From Candidatus Latescibacterota bacterium (GTDB lineage: Bacteria; Latescibacterota; UBA2968), in assembly GCA_965205975.1 (NCBI GenBank), contig OZ242195.1, forward strand, positions 3,104,001 to 3,168,000: a DNA stretch of 64,000 nt. The letters run 5' to 3'. Of the stretch, positions 58,703 to 64,000 are shown one piece after another; positions within the stretch are counted from its first letter, which is position 1; the number at the start of each line of letters is the position of its first letter. Made by a program: the position numbers and the translations under genes. The notes beneath the pieces were generated by a model. It saw only the letters and a program-made list of their open reading frames with translations, was not told the origin of the DNA and did not search any database.

Positions 58703-59434
58703 ATGCAATGTAAAAAAACAGTCCTGATCACCGGCGCAACAGATGGGATTGGCCGGGCACTTGCGAAAACCTATCGGACGCGCGGAGACAGGTTAGTACT
58801 GGTGGGCAGACGCACACTGGACACACTCAATGATGCGTTGTACACCAAAGACACATATTGTCGCGCAGATCTATCGCAGAATGATTGTACAAAGCGGGTA
58901 TGCGCATTTCTAAACGCGCAAAAAATCGACGCCATAGATCTGGTAATTCAAAATGCTGGCACCGGATATTTTGGAACCATCGCAGAACAAAGCGCGGAAA
59001 ACATTCGAGAGATCGTAGCAGTCAACCTGATGGCACCCTTGCGCTTGACACACGCCCTGATGCCATACCTGCAAGCCAATGGAAAACTCGTACTGATCGG
59101 CTCAATCACACATGCCTTTCCCTGTCCGGATTACGCCGTGTACGCAGCCAGCAAAGAAGCCCTCAACACCCTGGGACGCAATTTGCAAATCGAGGGCGAC
59201 GTAAATGTACAGATCATTCACCCGGGAGCGACGCGCACGGGATTGCATCGAAAAATTGGCATGGACAGCGAAAAGACAAAGGGATTTCCGTCTGCAGAAA
59301 AGGTCGCTCAAAAAATCACACAAGCGATAGATGGACGGCGATTTATTGTGACAATTGGATGGAGAAATGCATGGGCGCGATTTTTGGGACGCTATTGCGA
59401 AGGCATAGTCAATGCCATGGTGCGAGCAACGTGA
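58703..59434 (+). CDS. SDR family oxidoreductase
   Basis: TGATDGIG, NAG, YAASK. Confidence 0.92.
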   Translation: MQCKKTVLITGATDGIGRALAKTYRTRGDRLVLVGRRTLDTLNDALYTKDTYCRADLSQNDCTKRVCAFLNAQKIDAIDLVIQNAGTGYFGTIAEQSAENIREIVAVNLMAPLRLTHALMPYLQANGKLVLIGSITHAFPCPDYAVYAASKEALNTLGRNLQIEGDVNVQIIHPGATRTGLHRKIGMDSEKTKGFPSAEKVAQKITQAIDGRRFIVTIGWRNAWARFLGRYCEGIVNAMVRAT

Positions 59435-60177
59435 AACACGCGGTCATTACAGGCGCGGCGCATGGAATCGGCAAAGCACTTGCCCATCGCTTTGCACAGG
59501 CGGGATATGCCATAACGGGCGTGGATATAGATGCCGCGGGCGCGGCGATAGTCGAGCGGGAATTGGATGCGCGATTTGTCATTGCAGACCTGCGCTCAGA
59601 AGCAGGCATCGCCCGTGCTCTCACCAAACTAACCCAGGAAAAACCGATTGACGTATTGATACACAACGCGGGCATCAACGCCGTCGGACGATTCCCCGAC
59701 ATAAGCATAGAAAATCACGAACGCGTAATCGCCGTGAACTTCTACGCACCTATGCTACTCACAACCGCATTGCTAAAAGCTGACCAGATCACAAAAGGCG
59801 CGTCCATAGCCTTCATCTCTTCCCTTTCCCACTACACGAGCTATCCGGGTGCTGCAACTTATGCCGCGACCAAAAGCGGCCTGGCCTCCTACGCACGCAG
59901 TTTATCCATCGCTCTCGCGCCGCAGAATATTCACGTCACAACAGTTTTTCCCGGCCCAACGCGCACAGCCCATGCGCGGCGTCACAGCCCGCACAACACA
60001 CGCGAAGAAAAACGCATGCCACCCGAAACATTGGCGCACCACATCTTTCGAGGCATAAAAAAGAAAAAACACCTCATCGTACCAGGCGCAGCCAATCGAA
60101 CACTCGCCCTCCTGGGCAAATGGTGCCCGCCCCTGATGGCATATACGATGCGTAAGATGATTTTGGAAAAGTTGTAA
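59431..60177 (+). CDS. SDR family oxidoreductase
   Basis: GTG 59431 (GTGA overlap); TGAAHGIG, HNAG, YAATK. Confidence 0.9.
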   Translation: MKHAVITGAAHGIGKALAHRFAQAGYAITGVDIDAAGAAIVERELDARFVIADLRSEAGIARALTKLTQEKPIDVLIHNAGINAVGRFPDISIENHERVIAVNFYAPMLLTTALLKADQITKGASIAFISSLSHYTSYPGAATYAATKSGLASYARSLSIALAPQNIHVTTVFPGPTRTAHARRHSPHNTREEKRMPPETLAHHIFRGIKKKKHLIVPGAANRTLALLGKWCPPLMAYTMRKMILEKL

Positions 60178-60185
60178 GATGATTT

Positions 60186-61241
60186 TTATCTCTCCTCAGC
60201 CCAAAACTGCCGCACGTATTCGCCTTTGGGCGTCAGCAGAGTGGTCACATCAATCACATTGGGCACTTGATCCATAATATTCTCACGGACTTGTTTCACG
60301 ATAGCGTATCCTTCTGTTATCGTGATATCCGGATCGGTCTCCGCTGTTAATTCAACATACAGAGCACCCCCCATGGTCCGTATGCGAATATTGTGCGTAA
60401 AGGTGACGCCTTCTACCTTCTCCGCCATCTCTTCAATCAGGGCTATCACCTTTAACGAAGGGGCGTAATCTATCAGCTCTTTAACCGCGGTACTCCCGAC
60501 CTCCCAGGCACTGTGTAAAATCAGGCTCGCGATCACGACAGTGGTAATCTGATCGATCAGCCTGAGGGAAGGAAAATAAGACGAGATGATAATACTCAGC
60601 AGAACAGCCAGCGCACTGGTAGCATCGGCCCGATGATGCCATGCTTTCGCAATCAGCATGGGGCTGTTCAGGCGTATGCCCTTTCTTCGAGTAATGCGAA
60701 AAAGTATTTCCTTGACAGTTATTGAAATGAGGATAATTGCAATGATGAGGATCACATAGCTTAAGCCACCTTCATCGCGGTCTATCGGGTGTTCCTGACC
60801 ATGGTCGTCTTCGTGATCATCGCCGTCTTCTGTCCCATGCGTTTCCGCTTTTTCTTCAAGGACTGTGGACATCCCCTGCTCATGGCCGTGACCGTGACTG
60901 TGATAGCCAAAAGCATCCATGATTAGTTCCACACTCACGAACGCGAGAAGAAAAGCTGCAAAAAGCGACAGAAGAGTTTCGATACGACGGCGACCGTAAT
61001 GGAACCTTAAACCCTCACAGTGTTCCTCAGATCGCGATCCCATCAGCACGGCGAACCAGGCTATAACATCGGATACAATATCCGATAGCGAGTGGACCCC
61101 TGAAGCAATCAGCGGAAGGTAGCCGGTAAAATTGCCAAGACCAATTTTTGCGACACCCAGTATGGCGTTTGAGACCCCACCTGCCGTGATAATGGTTGTC
61201 GCTTCCCTGAGCCTGGTCTTTTCATTGTATTCTGCCTGCAT
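60186..61241 (-). CDS. Cation diffusion facilitator (FieF-like) with a His/Asp-rich loop
   Basis: HSLSD, YGRRRIE, AWHHRAD; loop HSHGHGH...DDHEDDHGQEH. Confidence 0.9.
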   Translation of the reverse strand: MQAEYNEKTRLREATTIITAGGVSNAILGVAKIGLGNFTGYLPLIASGVHSLSDIVSDVIAWFAVLMGSRSEEHCEGLRFHYGRRRIETLLSLFAAFLLAFVSVELIMDAFGYHSHGHGHEQGMSTVLEEKAETHGTEDGDDHEDDHGQEHPIDRDEGGLSYVILIIAIILISITVKEILFRITRRKGIRLNSPMLIAKAWHHRADATSALAVLLSIIISSYFPSLRLIDQITTVVIASLILHSAWEVGSTAVKELIDYAPSLKVIALIEEMAEKVEGVTFTHNIRIRTMGGALYVELTAETDPDITITEGYAIVKQVRENIMDQVPNVIDVTTLLTPKGEYVRQFWAEER

Positions 61242-61259
61242 AACACTTGCACCTCTCAG

Positions 61260-61970
61260 CTATCGTTTTTTCCCCACAAAAAAAGGACCCAGCGATTCGA
61301 CATAAAGTGCAGTTTGCTGGGTTTTTCTCATATCCTGCACAACGCGAGAAAGCGGATAGAGTTCTGCACCGATCAAACCAATGACAAAATCATTATCATC
61401 GGCATCGAGACCATAGCTGGCCAGGCGAACATCGTGCGCATAATCTTCGCGTCCATAAGCACGTCCGATAGAAGCGTGCTCCATCAAAATTTTGCGCTGT
61501 TCCCTGTGGTCCAGGCGGGCAAAAGCTCCATTGCGACGCAGCGGGTACCAGATCGCCCAGGGCCATTCGGGATTGAGCACATTATCGCGCGGTCGGGTGA
61601 CAAGGGCGTATTCGAGATCTGGCTCGTAACCCGTGGCATACGTGCGCCCGAGCATCGTAAGTTCAGGGCGACGTGTAAAGGCAGAGAATGGATCGCTATT
61701 GAGCAGCGCGCGAATATCAGTAACAAACAAATCCGGCGATTCAGCCAAAAAAACAATACCAATACCGCAGGGATCGTGTGCATCGAAATAGAGCGCGGCA
61801 TCGAGACCGCTTGGATCAAGTGCCTCAGATACGGCATCGACATCCTTGACATCCGTAAAAACCTGCAACTGCATGTAAAGCCGTTGATCGCTCGTTTGCG
61901 GCACTCCATCAACAGGCGCGCCGTGTTCGAGGATATCGAGTTTTTCTTTTGATTCAGTAGAATGATGCAC
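61260..61970 (-). CDS. Chlorite dismutase / coproheme decarboxylase (HemQ/ChdC) family protein
   Basis: WYPLRR, ILMEHASIG, GLDADDNDFVIG, VQDMR, GPFFVG. Confidence 0.8.
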   Translation of the reverse strand: MHHSTESKEKLDILEHGAPVDGVPQTSDQRLYMQLQVFTDVKDVDAVSEALDPSGLDAALYFDAHDPCGIGIVFLAESPDLFVTDIRALLNSDPFSAFTRRPELTMLGRTYATGYEPDLEYALVTRPRDNVLNPEWPWAIWYPLRRNGAFARLDHREQRKILMEHASIGRAYGREDYAHDVRLASYGLDADDNDFVIGLIGAELYPLSRVVQDMRKTQQTALYVESLGPFFVGKKR

Positions 61971-62055
61971 GTCTTCCTGCCTCCCGTTGTGTGTTTCACT
62001 GTAAAATTCTTTTCATTTTCAACGCGGAAAGATAGGGCTTGACCTCAAAAAGAGC

Positions 62056-62087
62056 AAGCCCCGGATCAGTCTGCTGAACTGGGGCTT
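62056..62087 (-). terminator. Probable terminator hairpin
   Basis: AAGCCCC...GGGGCTT with a T-rich tail on the minus strand, downstream of the TonB receptor gene. Confidence 0.55.
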
Positions 62088-62110
62088 GGTGAAGTATAAT
62101 AACCGCTAAA

Positions 62111-64000
62111 TTAAAAAAAAGACATCTTATAGTGCACTTTAATACTCCGCCCTATTTCGGGCATCACGGATCGAATGCGCGAGAGATGGTTGCGGTATTC
62201 CGTATCCAAAAGATTGTCCAAAGAGAGAATAATACTATGGCGGGTATGATTGGTGTTAATATCGCGTTGGGCATACACACCGAAAACAGCATAGCCATCC
62301 GTAGGATCTTCAAATATATCCACGCGCTCCTGTCCCGCGACAAATTCCGCAGTCCCGCCAACAGTAAAATAGGGATGATGATAGGTCGTACTGCCGACAA
62401 ACTTGAGCGGCGGAATCTCGGGCAGAGGCAAATGCTCATCCCGGTTCTCGCCACGCACATAACTGCCGTTTAATTCCAGATTCAAACGCGTATTTAAACG
62501 CCACCCCAGATGCATCTCCAGACCCAAAAATCGCGCGGCAACACCATCGGCAGCGTAAATCGGCAAAAGTTGGGCAAAATTGATCTCTCCGGTATTGCGC
62601 GGGGCAATATAGGTATCAAACTCGTTCCAATATCCGCTCAAAACAAAATCGACGCCCGGTTGCAAATAATGAAAAAAGACCTCGAAGCCCAGGCTCGTCT
62701 CGGCCTCGAGATCGACATTGCCCACCTCAAAAGTGTAAGCAGCCAGATGCGGCCCATCGTTATAAAGCTCTTCAATCGTGGGCACGCGCTGAGATCGGCT
62801 TAAGTTTAAACCGCCGGTTAGCCGGTCAGTAATAGTCACGAGCGGACTAATCGCCGCTGACCAGGCGTGAAAGGTGCGATCTACATCGAGATCTGCAATG
62901 CTCTTTGTTCTTGGGCGCGGATCAAAGTCGGCATACGTATAACGCGCAGAAGCCTGAAATTCGATGTCGCGATAGGTGCATTCGTGGTAGAGACCTAAGG
63001 AAGCATTTAGCTCTCGCGTGGGCGGTGTAAAAACAAACGCGCCCAATTTGAGGTTATGATGGCCAAAGCCCAGAGCGAGAACGGTATTTCGCATCTGGCC
63101 CTGTGTGTTCATAAGCAATTTGAGATCACCGCGGTAGTCGTGGAACAAAAACTCAGACCCAATATTGCCGCTGGACTCGTACTCAAAGTGGTGATAGAAG
63201 GTCCTGGTAAAATCCATCTCCACACTACTGAACACCTGGCGATCAAAATGAAAGGCCGCCTTGCCATCAAACACGCGGCGATCAATATCCAGATCTACGC
63301 CATTGGGATGTCCGCCAATAAATCCGCCGGGAATGCCGTATTGGGTATCGAACTGATCAAAAGAAGCACCGATATATCCCCGATCAGTGGGATATGACAG
63401 ACCGAGCGTATGCGTGCGCGTATCAATAGGTGTATTGGCAAGTCTGCCAATGGGGGTTTGCACATCCCGGGTATTGCGGTACGTCGTCTCGGCATACAGC
63501 GCGAGCGGACCCACGGGCACTGTGATTCCAGCGGCTGAGAGATACCCTCGATTGACCGTCTCGCCATAAGCACCAACACTGCCAAAAACGCGCTGCGGAT
63601 GGTCTTCGGGTATCTTCTGTTTTACAACATTGATAACCCCGCCAATGGCCGATGCCGTGTGAAGCAACGTGCGCGGACCCCGAATAATTTCGAGACGCTC
63701 GGAATTAAAAGGCTCAAGCGTAACAGCGTGATCGGCAGAAGTAGCGGATAAATCCCGAGTCTCGATACCATCTATATTGATCTGTACGCGGTCACCACTC
63801 AGGCCGCGTATAACCGGGCGAGCGGGTGCAGGCCCCATGCTGCGGATAGCGACGCCGATTTCGTTTTTCATCGTCTCGGCAAGCGTGAGACTATACTTCT
63901 TCTGAAGTTCATCCCCCGAAAGCACGCCAGTCGCTTCGTACAATTCTTCAAAACGGGTTTCGACATTTTTGGCGACCACATCAATGGTATCCAAAAGAAT
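62111..64000 (-). CDS. TonB-dependent receptor, ZnuD-like (5' end outside the window)
   Basis: RPVIRGLSGDRV, SADHAV, EIIRGP plug motifs; GPHLA; NLLDTEYRNHLS; terminal Phe. Confidence 0.92.
   Translation of the reverse strand: MLLDTIDVVAKNVETRFEELYEATGVLSGDELQKKYSLTLAETMKNEIGVAIRSMGPAPARPVIRGLSGDRVQINIDGIETRDLSATSADHAVTLEPFNSERLEIIRGPRTLLHTASAIGGVINVVKQKIPEDHPQRVFGSVGAYGETVNRGYLSAAGITVPVGPLALYAETTYRNTRDVQTPIGRLANTPIDTRTHTLGLSYPTDRGYIGASFDQFDTQYGIPGGFIGGHPNGVDLDIDRRVFDGKAAFHFDRQVFSSVEMDFTRTFYHHFEYESSGNIGSEFLFHDYRGDLKLLMNTQGQMRNTVLALGFGHHNLKLGAFVFTPPTRELNASLGLYHECTYRDIEFQASARYTYADFDPRPRTKSIADLDVDRTFHAWSAAISPLVTITDRLTGGLNLSRSQRVPTIEELYNDGPHLAAYTFEVGNVDLEAETSLGFEVFFHYLQPGVDFVLSGYWNEFDTYIAPRNTGEINFAQLLPIYAADGVAARFLGLEMHLGWRLNTRLNLELNGSYVRGENRDEHLPLPEIPPLKFVGSTTYHHPYFTVGGTAEFVAGQERVDIFEDPTDGYAVFGVYAQRDINTNHTRHSIILSLDNLLDTEYRNHLSRIRSVMPEIGRSIKVHYKMSFF

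Noticed and set aside
58885..59430. N-terminal extension of the 430-aa ORF
   Set aside because: It overlaps the first SDR in another frame; the SDR motif starts right after GTG 59431.
436..63585. Numerous 60-240 aa ORFs antisense to or overlapping the called genes
   Set aside because: Shadow ORFs without motifs, lying within well-supported genes.

Overview
This is a bacterial chromosomal window, probably from a diderm because it encodes a TonB-dependent receptor; I cannot assign the taxon from sequence alone. Housekeeping and metabolic blocks (ABC transporters, PhyH/TauD dioxygenases, CoA transferase, rluA-psd-rimO-folA-thyA, a short purH under a ZTP riboswitch, MerR-sigma70, SDRs, CDF/HemQ/TonB) alternate with accessory defence-type patches. 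These patches are: (1) a C-protein-controlled Type II R-M system at 7.1-9.2 kb; (2) a Cas2/VapD-like + PIN + HigA triplet at 13.0-14.1 kb; (3) a Type I R-M locus at 18.2-32.9 kb; and (4) a toxin-antitoxin/nuclease/RloAB patch at 38.7-43.6 kb. In the Type I locus hsdM is frameshifted, hsdS has two nearly identical TRDs, and about 6.5 kb of cargo lies between hsdS and hsdR. The cargo includes a HEPN gene with an atypical partner and a coupled pair of ~600-650 aa unknown proteins, one with a PD-(D/E)xK-like N-terminus; this pair is the best candidate for an uncharacterised defence system. Between hsdM and hsdS is a four-unit, ~50-bp-period array of covarying 19-bp palindromes. Small non-autonomous elements are also present: a MITE with a 9-bp target duplication splitting a gene, a 35-36 bp hairpin inserted into two different repeat families, and GTAG-type REPs. 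I saw no integrase, transposase, reverse transcriptase, tRNA, rRNA or canonical CRISPR array. All family assignments come from motif recognition by eye, not database searches.
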